A stretch of 61,729 bases of DNA, filler included. It is 5 parts of 5 records of this genome, joined end to end, with 100 filler letters (N's around TTAATTAATTAA, not from the genome) between each part and the next. Parts side by side here need not be neighbours in the genome. Positions count along the whole stretch, not along the records: positions 1 to 18,000 come from DRR378314_1221; 4 more parts are not named here. The stretch is one strand, 5' to 3'. Under the pieces are notes generated by a model, which worked only from the letters and a program-made list of their open reading frames with translations, searched no databases and was not told where the DNA came from. This document shows positions 1 through 8,887 of this stretch, piece after piece. The position numbers and the translations under genes are program-made. How positions within the stretch are numbered: the first letter of the stretch is position 1; the number at the start of each line of letters is the position of its first letter.

Positions 1-96
1 GCTACTTTCGCCATCCATGGCGAAAGACCCTCGCTTCAACCTGTCCTTACACCACAGCGTTAACAGCGGTCATTTCCCTGCTATATATCGCTTTAC

Positions 97-1449
97 TTAC
101 TCAGCGAGGGCCGCTTCGGCCTCTTCTGCTGCGGTGCTGCCACCACACGAGCCGTTCACCACGTTGAAGTTGCCGCACTCCATAGGCTTGCGCCAATCGG
201 CAATCAAGTCACGTGAGCCAGGCAAGTAGTCAGACCATGCATCGCCCGCTACGGTAGAAGGCGTTTGCCAGACGATATCGAACTGGCCATTGTCTTGAAC
301 TTCACCAATCAGCACCGGCTTGGTGATGTGATGGTTGGGCATCATCGCCGCATAGCCACCGGAAAGGTTAGGCACGGCAACACCGATAATCGCGTCTTTT
401 ACCGCATCGACATCGGTAGTGCCTGCTTTACGCACCGCTTCGGCCCACATGTTAAAGCCAATGTAGTGCGCTTCCATGGGGTCGTTGGTGACGGCCTCTT
501 CGTCGCCGGTATAGTCAATCCAGGCGTCGATAAAGTCGTAGTTATCATCGGTATCGACGCTCATGAAGTAGTTCCAGGCCGCCAAGTGGCCGACTAGCGG
601 CCCCGTATCGATGCCGGTTAGCTCTTGCTCGCCCACCGAGAAGGCGATGACCGGAATATCGGCAGCATCAATGCCTTGGTTAGACAGTTCGGTGTAAAAA
701 GGCACATTGGCATCGCCGTTAATCGTTGAGATAACCGCCGTGGGTTTACCCTCTTCACCAAAGCGGCGTATTTCTGCCACGATATTCTGCCAATCTGAAT
801 GGCCGAACGGCGTGTAGTTGATCATGATGTCCTCATCAGCGATGCCATGCTCATCTTTGAGGAAAGCTTCGAGAATACGGTTGGTGGTACGCGGATAGAC
901 GTAGTCGGTACCGACCAGCGCAAAGCGCTCGATGCCGACTTCATTAATCAGATACTCAACCGCAGGAATCGCCTGCTGATTGGGGGCGGCACCGGTATAA
1001 AAGACGTTTTCCGAGGACTCTTCACCTTCATACTGCACCGGGTAGAACAACAGGCCGTTAAGCTCTTCCACTACCGGCAGTACTGCCTTACGGGAAACGG
1101 AGGTCCAGTTGCCGAAGATCACGTCGACCTCTTCTTGCGCCAATAGCTCTCTAGCACGCTCGGCAAATAGCGGCCAGTTAGAGGCAGGGTCGACAACAAC
1201 TGCTTCAAGTTGGCGACCCAGCAAGCCACCCGCGTCGTTTTGCTGCTCAATAAGCATCTCAACGGTGTCTTTAAGAACCGTCTCACTGATCGCCATAGTG
1301 CCTGAAAGTGAGTGAAGGATACCGACCTTGATCGGATCGTCATCCTGGGCCATGGCTTGTGTACTGGCCCCCATAACGGCGGCGGTCATTAAGGCAGTAG
1401 CGAAACGGCCAACGGTACGAGGGTGTGTCTTGCGCTGCAATGTGGTCAC
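97..1449 (-). CDS. urtA: urea ABC transporter substrate-binding protein
   Basis: Motifs IKVGILHSLSGTMAISE, DPASNWPLFAE, WTSVSRKAVLPVVEE, YPVQYEG, TGAAPNQQ. GTG start at 1449 follows an AGGAGG RBS and a signal peptide precedes the mature domain. Confidence 0.95.
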   Translation of the reverse strand: MTTLQRKTHPRTVGRFATALMTAAVMGASTQAMAQDDDPIKVGILHSLSGTMAISETVLKDTVEMLIEQQNDAGGLLGRQLEAVVVDPASNWPLFAERARELLAQEEVDVIFGNWTSVSRKAVLPVVEELNGLLFYPVQYEGEESSENVFYTGAAPNQQAIPAVEYLINEVGIERFALVGTDYVYPRTTNRILEAFLKDEHGIADEDIMINYTPFGHSDWQNIVAEIRRFGEEGKPTAVISTINGDANVPFYTELSNQGIDAADIPVIAFSVGEQELTGIDTGPLVGHLAAWNYFMSVDTDDNYDFIDAWIDYTGDEEAVTNDPMEAHYIGFNMWAEAVRKAGTTDVDAVKDAIIGVAVPNLSGGYAAMMPNHHITKPVLIGEVQDNGQFDIVWQTPSTVAGDAWSDYLPGSRDLIADWRKPMECGNFNVVNGSCGGSTAAEEAEAALAE

Positions 1450-1571
1450 TTGAACCTCCTTGCGCCCCTTATGACGGGGCTCGTTATTTGAGCTTCGCGG
1501 CCAAGAACTCCCGTTATATAACTTTGGAACGGTTATTACGGGGCTTGGTGCATCCACTAGCTCCTAGCTGC

Positions 1572-1587
1572 TGCAAGGTTTGCGCCA
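1572..1587 (-). promoter_or_regulatory. sigma54 -24/-12 promoter of the urt operon
   Basis: Minus strand reads TGGCGC-AAACC-TTGCA, matching TGGCAC-N5-TTGCW. Confidence 0.8.
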
Positions 1588-1662
1588 CACTACAAAAAGA
1601 AAAACTAAAAAGATTAAAATCAAAAGGTTAGTTTTAAAAAAAGTTATCCCATCTTCACCGGC

Positions 1663-1742
1663 CGCACTATCGTGGCGCGCCAACATCCAAAAAATGCACG
1701 CTGTTTATGCACCACAACGACACCTCGCACCAATAGTGCGCT
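1663..1742. promoter_or_regulatory. NtrC-like enhancer sites
   Basis: CGCACTATCGTGGCGCG (1663-1679), TGCACGCTGTTTATGCA (1695-1711) and CGCACCAATAGTGCGCT (1726-1742) resemble TGCACCA-N3-TGGTGCA and lie about 80-150 bp upstream of the sigma54 site. Confidence 0.65.
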
Positions 1743-1783
1743 TTCTGTTGCATACGCCTAGTAACCCCGCCCATTTCTTGCAC

Positions 1784-1818
1784 AAAAAAAAGCGCCCTAG
1801 GAGATCCTAGGACGCTTT
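1784..1818 (-). terminator. Rho-independent terminator of tctCBA
   Basis: Hairpin AGCG(C)CCTAGGA/TCCTAGG(A)CGCT followed by a T-run on the minus strand, just after the tctA stop. Confidence 0.8.
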
Positions 1819-1835
1819 ACACGCATGCCTATGTT

Positions 1836-3335
1836 CTATTCAGCAGTATTCAAACGCTTAGTGCGGCGCTTTTTGAGCAACGGTAAACCAAGCGACAGCA
1901 CAGCGATGACCAGTAACGACAGCGAAATTGGTTTGTCGATAAAGGTCATCCAATCCCCACCGGAGATCTGCAGCGCGCGACGCATGGACTCTTCCATGAT
2001 GTTACCTAGAATGAGCGCCAGAATCAGCGGCGCGGCAGGGAAACCGAACAAGCGCATCCCTAGGCCAACCAAGCCAAAACCAAGCAGCAGCAATAAGTCG
2101 AACACGCTGAAGCTCATACCGTAAACACCGATCATGCAGAAGATCAAAATCAGTGATAGCAGCAACGGTTTGGGCAGATCGAGAATCTTGGCGATCAGCG
2201 GAATCAGCGGCAGGTTAAGCACCAGCAGGAAGATATTGCCGATATACATACTGGCGACCACGCCCCAGAACACATCCGGACGCTGTTCAAGCATCATCGG
2301 GCCAGGATTAACGCCCATCACCAGCAGTGCGCCAAGCAGTACGGCGGTGGTGCCAGACCCCGGCACACCCAAGGTTAACAGCGGTACAAACGAACCGGTA
2401 CACGCCGCATTATTTGCCGCTTCTGGCGCAGCAACGCCTTTGATGTTGCCTTTACCAAACGTATCGCCGTCTTTGGCAATGCGTTTCTCCATGCTATAGC
2501 CAAGAAACGAACCGATGGTCGCACCTGCGCCCGGCAGAACACCGGTAAAGAAGCCCAATACTGAACTGCGGCTAACAGGGCCTGCTATCTGCTTGACTTC
2601 ACTGCGGGTCAATTTCAACGACCCGATCGCGTTACGCGGTGCTTCTTTACCACCGCCTCCGCGTAGCAACATGTAGAACACTTCGGCTAACGCGAAGATA
2701 CCCAGCGCGACGACCAGAAAGTCGATACCGTCGAGCAGGTGGATAGAGCCAAAGGTAAAGCGCTCGGTGCCGGTTTGCATATCAATCCCGATGATCGAGA
2801 TCATCACCCCAATAACAGCGGCAATTAAGCCTTTAACCAGCGACTTATCGGATAGCGACACAACCGCGGTTAAGCCCAGCACCATCAACGCAAAGTATTC
2901 AGCAGGGCCAAAACTTACCGCGACTTTGGAGAGCAGCGGCGCAATCAACATCAAGAAAACAACGGAGATGGTACCGCCAACAAAGGAGGAGTAAGCGGCA
3001 ATCGCCAGCGCCTTACCTGCCAACCCTTGCTTGGCCATCGGATAGCCGTCAAAAGAGGTCGCAACCGTTCCCGCCACGCCGGGGGCGTTCAGCAAAATAG
3101 ACGAGGTGGAGCCGCCAAAAATAGCGCCGTAATACACCCCGGCCATCAAGATCAGCCCTGAAGAAGGCTCCATAGCGAAGGTAATCGGGATCATCAGCGC
3201 CAACGCGCTGATCGGCCCAAGGCCGGGCAACATGCCAATGATGGTGCCAGCAAAGACACCGGCAAAGACGTAAGCGATATTGATAGGCTCAAGCGCGATG
3301 CCAAAGCCGTACATTAGATTGTTAAAGGCATCCAT
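1836..3335 (-). CDS. tctA: tripartite tricarboxylate transporter large permease TctA
   Basis: GMLPGLG, YYGAIFGGSTSSILLNAPG, GVAAPEAANNA, LTLGVPGS motifs; 499 aa, hydrophobic. Confidence 0.95.
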   Translation of the reverse strand: MDAFNNLMYGFGIALEPINIAYVFAGVFAGTIIGMLPGLGPISALALMIPITFAMEPSSGLILMAGVYYGAIFGGSTSSILLNAPGVAGTVATSFDGYPMAKQGLAGKALAIAAYSSFVGGTISVVFLMLIAPLLSKVAVSFGPAEYFALMVLGLTAVVSLSDKSLVKGLIAAVIGVMISIIGIDMQTGTERFTFGSIHLLDGIDFLVVALGIFALAEVFYMLLRGGGGKEAPRNAIGSLKLTRSEVKQIAGPVSRSSVLGFFTGVLPGAGATIGSFLGYSMEKRIAKDGDTFGKGNIKGVAAPEAANNAACTGSFVPLLTLGVPGSGTTAVLLGALLVMGVNPGPMMLEQRPDVFWGVVASMYIGNIFLLVLNLPLIPLIAKILDLPKPLLLSLILIFCMIGVYGMSFSVFDLLLLLGFGLVGLGMRLFGFPAAPLILALILGNIMEESMRRALQISGGDWMTFIDKPISLSLLVIAVLSLGLPLLKKRRTKRLNTAE

Positions 3336-3384
3336 GGGAGTGTCTCTCTTTTAAACCCGCTAACAGTGGGCAAGCGCGGCCTGG

Positions 3385-3867
3385 TTAAAACGGCAGCACG
3401 CCAGTGGGTAGGTAAACATCCATTACCCGCGTCATGGTCAAATACAGCGCTAACACCACCCCAAGCGATGTTGCCAGATTGACCCCATGGCGGCGGTAGC
3501 CGTAGTAAGCCGTTAGGCCAACACACAGCAGCGTCGAAGCCAGCACAAAGCCTAACGGCACGAGCAGGAAGGCATAGGCCGCAATGGCGATGGCGGTGAC
3601 GATCACCCGCGCCCAAGGCGTTAGCAGTAGCGGCCCCTGAGTTTCGGCTTGATCAATCTGATCGGCCCCCGCAATAGGACCAGGACGCTCAAAAAACAAG
3701 CACGCCGACAGCAATAACAAGGAAATACCTAACACTTTTGGAAATAGGTCTGAATCCACTGGGCGGGGCAGCGGAAAGCTGGGAATTTGCCAGGCCATTG
3801 CCAGATAGGCAGCCGCCACTAACGCCAACACAAGCGCTAGCCATTGGTTGGTATTGAATCGAGTCAT
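3385..3867 (-). CDS. tctB: tripartite tricarboxylate transporter small permease TctB
   Basis: About four TM segments, FPK motif, C-terminal LPTG, located between tctC and tctA. ATG at 3867 follows GGAG. Confidence 0.9.
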   Translation of the reverse strand: MTRFNTNQWLALVLALVAAAYLAMAWQIPSFPLPRPVDSDLFPKVLGISLLLLSACLFFERPGPIAGADQIDQAETQGPLLLTPWARVIVTAIAIAAYAFLLVPLGFVLASTLLCVGLTAYYGYRRHGVNLATSLGVVLALYLTMTRVMDVYLPTGVLPF

Positions 3868-3973
3868 GGGAAAGTTCTCCGAAGACGTCATTGCTGAACA
3901 GCAAGACCCTTGCGGTATCAGACGGAAGATCCCGGTGGCACGCTGCCACCGGGGGAGCCTTTGGGACGAGCGC

Positions 3974-4969
3974 TTACTGGCGCATCAGCCCCAGGTCGGT
4001 CAACACGCTACTGAACTGCTCTTGTTGCTCATCCAGGAAGGTAGCGAAGGCGTCGCTATCCTGGTAGGCATCAATCCAGCCCAGCTGGTCGCTTGCTTCG
4101 CGCCATGCATCCGTTTCGAGCATTTCGGCGAAGAGCGTCTCGTAGTATTCAACCGCCTCTTCAGGCATTTCCGGCGCGCCCATTACGCCACGCCAAATAT
4201 CGAAAGTGTAGTCGTAACCCTGCTCTTGGTAAGTGGGTACATCGGCCAGTCCACCGCCCAGGCGCTCTTCGGAAGACACGCCCAGCGCGCGTAGCTGGCT
4301 ACCTTCACCCAGCTGACCTACCGCTTCACCGGCACCGCCAATGACTGCCTCGATATGGCCACCCATCAGGTTAGTCATGGCGTCGCCACCACCTGAGAAG
4401 GGAATGTAGTTAACAGAGGAGGCTTCCATACCCGCCGCGGAAGCAAGACCGGCAACTGAGATGTGATCCATCGAGCCCGGCGCACTACCACCGCCCACGC
4501 TTAAACTAGGGTTCTCTTTGAGCGCTGCAAAAAGATCATCCAGGTTTTGATACTCGGAATCTGCCGCCACCAAAATAATCGAATAGTCGGTATTGATGCG
4601 CGCAATCGGGGTGAAGTCGGTGTGGTCGTAACGCGATGCGCCTGCCAGGGGGACTAAAATCATCGGCGGGCTGGTAGCGAAAAGTTTATGCGGATTGCCG
4701 TTATCACGGGCTACCTGAGCCCAGGCAACTGCACCGCCGCCGCCAGGTACGTTAATGGCTGCAAAGCTTTCGTCGGCCAGCTCTTCTTGCTGAATAACGC
4801 GGGACATGGTGCGCACTAGCGTGTCCCAGCCGCCACCGGGGTTGGCCGGGGCAACAAATTCAATCGAACGGCTCGGTGTCCACTCTTGGGCGCTGGCGGA
4901 CGTTGTCATGGCAAGGGCTGCCATCGGTAAAGCAAGCACGGCAAAGCGCTTTAGGGGAAGCATGGTCAT
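3974..4969 (-). CDS. tctC: tripartite tricarboxylate transporter substrate-binding protein TctC
   Basis: APANPGGGWD, NVPGGGG, YIPFSGGG, WRG motifs; signal peptide. Confidence 0.92.
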   Translation of the reverse strand: MTMLPLKRFAVLALPMAALAMTTSASAQEWTPSRSIEFVAPANPGGGWDTLVRTMSRVIQQEELADESFAAINVPGGGGAVAWAQVARDNGNPHKLFATSPPMILVPLAGASRYDHTDFTPIARINTDYSIILVAADSEYQNLDDLFAALKENPSLSVGGGSAPGSMDHISVAGLASAAGMEASSVNYIPFSGGGDAMTNLMGGHIEAVIGGAGEAVGQLGEGSQLRALGVSSEERLGGGLADVPTYQEQGYDYTFDIWRGVMGAPEMPEEAVEYYETLFAEMLETDAWREASDQLGWIDAYQDSDAFATFLDEQQEQFSSVLTDLGLMRQ

Positions 4970-5074
4970 GGGCGTTCTCCACATTAGCTATCTATTGTTA
5001 TAGATGGTTGTTATCTGCGTATCTTTGTGTGGTTACGCCCTTCACATTAGAAGACCGCTACTCCTCGCGACAAG

Positions 5075-5130
5075 CTTATGACCATTAATGGCAAAAAGTG
5101 CTTTTTGTGCGTTTTGTTCATTTTGTTCAC
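5075..5130. promoter_or_regulatory. AT-rich direct repeats upstream of tctC, a possible response-regulator site
   Basis: TTTTGTTCA repeated in tandem at about 5112-5129, between the regulator gene and tctC. Confidence 0.35.
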
Positions 5131-5150
5131 GGCCGGTTAGAGCGGCTCGT

Positions 5151-5882
5151 TTACAGTGATTCCAGCCATGTGGAAGAGGATTCCAGCAGCCGATAGCGTC
5201 GCTCAGGGCGGCCAACATCGCCATAGCCAATTTCTGCATTAACCGCTTGTTCAGCCACTAAAAACTCCAAATAACGCCGCGCTGTTGAACGGCTTGCGCC
5301 CATTGTCAGCGCTACCTGCATCGCCGTTTGGGAATCATGCTCGGCTGCCAACGACTCCACCACACAGCGCAGGGTCAAGCGGTCGATGCCTTTAGGTAAC
5401 GTGCGCGTAGCTAGCCGCGGAGATTCACCTGGTTGCAAGCGAGCAAGCACCTGATCCAGCTCGTCTTGACTCATTTCAGCCCGATTCGCCAATGCCTCTC
5501 GCTCGCGGCGAAAACGTGTCAGCATTTGCGTCATACGCGTCGCTTCAATCGGTTTAATCAGATAATCAAAGACGCCACCACGCAACGCTTCGCTGATGGT
5601 TTCTACTTCGCGGGCAGCTGTCACCATGACGATATCCACATGCACATAGTCGCGGCGAATCGCCCATAGCAGCTCCAGCCCCTCTACATCAGGCAAGTAA
5701 GCATCTAATAAGATGAGTTGAACAGCATCAGCATGCTGGGCCATCAGGGCTTTTGCTTCGTTGCCGTTACGTGCCAACCCCACCACATAAAAGCCGTCGC
5801 TTTGTTCAATAAAAGCCTTGTGGATATCGGCAATGCGAAAATCGTCTTCGACGACCAAAATACCGTACTGCGTCGCAGACAT
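5151..5882 (-). CDS. CitB/DpiA-family response regulator
   Basis: Receiver domain (VVEDD, LLDAYLPD, DYLIKP) plus C-terminal SRSTARRYLEFL and YGDVGRPERRY. Confidence 0.9.
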   Translation of the reverse strand: MSATQYGILVVEDDFRIADIHKAFIEQSDGFYVVGLARNGNEAKALMAQHADAVQLILLDAYLPDVEGLELLWAIRRDYVHVDIVMVTAAREVETISEALRGGVFDYLIKPIEATRMTQMLTRFRREREALANRAEMSQDELDQVLARLQPGESPRLATRTLPKGIDRLTLRCVVESLAAEHDSQTAMQVALTMGASRSTARRYLEFLVAEQAVNAEIGYGDVGRPERRYRLLESSSTWLESL

Positions 5883-5915
5883 AGTGTTTCCTCTTCCTGG
5901 CGTCGTTATTATGAT

Positions 5916-7649
5916 TTAAGGCGTTGTGGCGATGGGGTCGCAAAGCGCGCGATCCAGCACGGCAATAAAGCACGCGCCGCCTAACTCGCTCTCTTCTAAT
6001 GTCACCTCACCGCCATGCTGACGGCACAACCGCGCGACCAGCGCTAAGCCAATGCCACGATGTTTACCGGTTTTGGTCGAAAATCCATCTTGAAAGATCG
6101 ATTCCGCATGCTCGCCGGGCACACCTGAGCCGTTATCCTCTACTTCAATCAACAGCTGCTCGCCCAGATCCGTAAAGAACAGGCGAACTTTCGGGGTGTC
6201 ACTGTTTGGACCATTAAGCGCCGCATGACAGGCGTTATCTAATAAGTTGCCCACAACGCTCATCATGACCTCCTGCCCAGTGACCGTTAGTGGGCAGGAG
6301 AGCGAGCTCTGCTCATCAATTTCCAGTGCAACCCCCAATTCCCGTGCCCGCGTCAATTTACCCAACAAGATGCCGCTGAGTACTGCGTCAGCTACGTGAC
6401 GCATTAAAAAGCTCATTTGCGCCTGGGCACGTTCGGTTTCGTGATGAATCAGCGCTAGCGCCTCATCAACGCGGTTAAGCTGCAGGAGACCAGAAATGGT
6501 GTAAAGCTTGTTGGAAAACTCGTGGGCCTGGGCACGTAGCATATCGACATCACGGCTTGCCTGGGTAAGTGCCTGGGAAAGATCAATAATTTCGCGGCGA
6601 CTGCGAAATGTCGCCACGGCACCTTCGATCTCACCTTCGTGCAAAATAGGCACGCGGTTAGCCACCACAGGATGGTCGCCCAGCCACATTTCCTGGTCAA
6701 ACTCCTGCTCGCCGTGCTTTAACACCTCGCTTAAGCGCGAGTTGGGCACCACCTCACGGATTGGCTGCCCCAGCAAAACCTGTTCATCCGATAGCCCTAG
6801 AAAACGGCGTGCCTGCTGATTCACTAACGTGATCTGACCATCGCGGTTAACCGCCAGAATACCTTCGTGAATAGATTGCAGGATGGCCTCTTTTTCCATG
6901 GCCAAGCGGGCTATTTCATAAGGCTCTAAACCAAGGATGATTTTTTTAAGATGCTGCGACAGCCAATAGGCCCCGGCAAACCCTAGCAAAATCATCAGCG
7001 CCACCAGCGCCCACCCCAAGCTGGTATAACGGGCCACATCCATATCAACTCGTTCTAGCATGAAGCCCACCGAAACCACCCCGATGATGTTGCCCTCTTC
7101 ATCCCAGATGGGCGTTTTGCCGCGCATGGCGGTGCCTAACGTTCCGGTAGCTTCCGATACGTATGACTGACCGTAAATCAGCGCCTGATCGTTATCCCCG
7201 CCCACCATTGGCTGGCCGATACGCTCAGGCACTGGGTGCGAGTAACGAATCGACTGGGCATTACCCACCACCACATAACGGGCACCGGTCTCGTGGCGAA
7301 CGCGTTCAGCAAGCGGCTGGATAATCAGCGACGGGTCGGGTGTCGAGAAAGCATTAACAATTTGCGGCATGCCCGCGACGGTCTTGGCCACTGCCAATGC
7401 CCGCTCGCCCATTTGGTGGGTGATAATTTCTGCTTTACGGTGGTTCAGGTAGGTGCCTTGCGCTAGCAACATACCCGCCAGCAGAAAGCCGACCAGCAGC
7501 ATGACTTGCAGGCGAAAACTACGCTTGTACCAGCGGCGCTTGGCACGAGTACGGCGCCAGCGCTGTAATTCGGCCAACGTACGTGGGCGTGGGGCGGTCA
7601 TAAAGGAACTCACTAGGCGCGACAGCGTCATTATGGCATGCAGCGCCAA
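5916..7649 (-). CDS. CitA/DcuS-family sensor histidine kinase (start uncertain)
   Basis: Cache domain (RYSHP, GGDN, GTLG), PAS domain, LRAQAHEFSNKL H-box, GNLLDNA, EDNGSG, GFSTK, GIGL. Confidence 0.92.
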   Translation of the reverse strand: MALHAIMTLSRLVSSFMTAPRPRTLAELQRWRRTRAKRRWYKRSFRLQVMLLVGFLLAGMLLAQGTYLNHRKAEIITHQMGERALAVAKTVAGMPQIVNAFSTPDPSLIIQPLAERVRHETGARYVVVGNAQSIRYSHPVPERIGQPMVGGDNDQALIYGQSYVSEATGTLGTAMRGKTPIWDEEGNIIGVVSVGFMLERVDMDVARYTSLGWALVALMILLGFAGAYWLSQHLKKIILGLEPYEIARLAMEKEAILQSIHEGILAVNRDGQITLVNQQARRFLGLSDEQVLLGQPIREVVPNSRLSEVLKHGEQEFDQEMWLGDHPVVANRVPILHEGEIEGAVATFRSRREIIDLSQALTQASRDVDMLRAQAHEFSNKLYTISGLLQLNRVDEALALIHHETERAQAQMSFLMRHVADAVLSGILLGKLTRARELGVALEIDEQSSLSCPLTVTGQEVMMSVVGNLLDNACHAALNGPNSDTPKVRLFFTDLGEQLLIEVEDNGSGVPGEHAESIFQDGFSTKTGKHRGIGLALVARLCRQHGGEVTLEESELGGACFIAVLDRALCDPIATTP

Positions 7650-7806
7650 GCGGCGTTAGCCGTTGCGCTTTTTCGACTATTTGCTTATTTAGCAGCCACT
7701 GATTTTGTTTTTATCGATATACTCAGCGCTTTTAAAGCGTGCATGACGAACTCTCATCCTGCAACATCGCAGCCGCTCACAAAGACCGCTACTCAGGAGG
7801 AGTTAC

Positions 7807-8553
7807 TTGTTGAGTTTATTAAGAAATGTCTTATTAGCTAGCTTGTCGCTATGGGCAACTTCCGCCGCTGCTTATCCATTTTACGCCCCACCACCGCCAC
7901 AAGATGATACGCCGGTGTTCAGCGGCGATGCCGAACTTGGTTTTACCCACCTTTCCGGCAATACCAATAGCCAAACATTGATTGGCAAGACACGCCTGAC
8001 ATGGCTGACGGGAGACTTCACTCATTCGCTGCGCGGTGAAGTCCGCAATGTGAGCAAAAACGGAGAAACCAGCGCTGAGCAATATTTAGTGGCCGGCAGA
8101 GAGCGTTTTGACTTTAGCGGGCCCCACTATCTGTTTGGCTTTGCCCGCTGGGAAAAAGACCGCTTTGCTGGCTACGACCAGCAGCTTTCTGCCATTGGTG
8201 GTTATGGGAGACAATTGCTAGCTGGTGAACAACATTCACTGTCGTTAGAAGCAGGTCCTGGCTATCGTAATGACCGATTACGCGGCGCTGATAATGAGCA
8301 ATTGGCAGTTGCTTATACAGCACTCGACTATCAATTTGGCTTCTCAGATTATGCGGATATCGTTCAAGAAATGTCGGTGGAATATACCCATCAGAACACT
8401 ACAGCGCGTTCATTAACGGCACTAACGGCTCGGCTAAATTCACGACTTTCGCTACGCCTTTCCCATGAAATCAAACACAACTCGCAGCCGCCTGAAGATG
8501 CCAGCGAACGCACTGACAGCACTACCAGCGCATCACTGCTCTATCACTGGTAA
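7807..8553 (+). CDS. DUF481/YdiY-family outer-membrane beta-barrel protein
   Basis: Signal peptide, ELG...SGNT, DRFAGY, GGYG and EAGPGYR motifs, aromatic C-terminus (YHW). Confidence 0.8.
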   Translation: MLSLLRNVLLASLSLWATSAAAYPFYAPPPPQDDTPVFSGDAELGFTHLSGNTNSQTLIGKTRLTWLTGDFTHSLRGEVRNVSKNGETSAEQYLVAGRERFDFSGPHYLFGFARWEKDRFAGYDQQLSAIGGYGRQLLAGEQHSLSLEAGPGYRNDRLRGADNEQLAVAYTALDYQFGFSDYADIVQEMSVEYTHQNTTARSLTALTARLNSRLSLRLSHEIKHNSQPPEDASERTDSTTSASLLYHW

Positions 8554-8740
8554 CGCGCGACGCCCCAAACACATACGCCTTATTTTTCATTAATTATCAT
8601 ATAGTTATGCAACAATTTAAGTAGCTATGACCGTCATTAATCTATTCATAATGGTGCATCTCGCTTATTTTTCGCACCATTTTTATGCAATTCATCCCTC
8701 ATCATTAGACTTTGGTCTATAGAGAAGATATACTACCCAC

Positions 8741-8783
8741 AGTTTCCTGTCCTCGCGCCATTCATTGAATGGCGCTTTTTTTT
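8741..8783 (+). ncRNA. candidate ~43-nt small RNA, or terminated leader
   Basis: TAGACT-17bp-TATACT promoter (8706-8734), then AGTTTCCTGTCCTC, a GCGCCATTC/GAATGGCGC hairpin and a T8 run. Confidence 0.4.
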
Positions 8784-8887
8784 GTTTCGAAAATCGGATG
8801 CTTTTAGGCGTTACGCCTACTCACGCCCGGTTTAGTTAAGCTCAATACTCTGCTTACCCATCCCCTCATTAAACATAGGTGTTCTTA

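Noticed and set aside
1-18. Start of urtB
   Set aside because: It is expected by synteny and ATGs are present on the minus strand, but there are too few codons to support a call.
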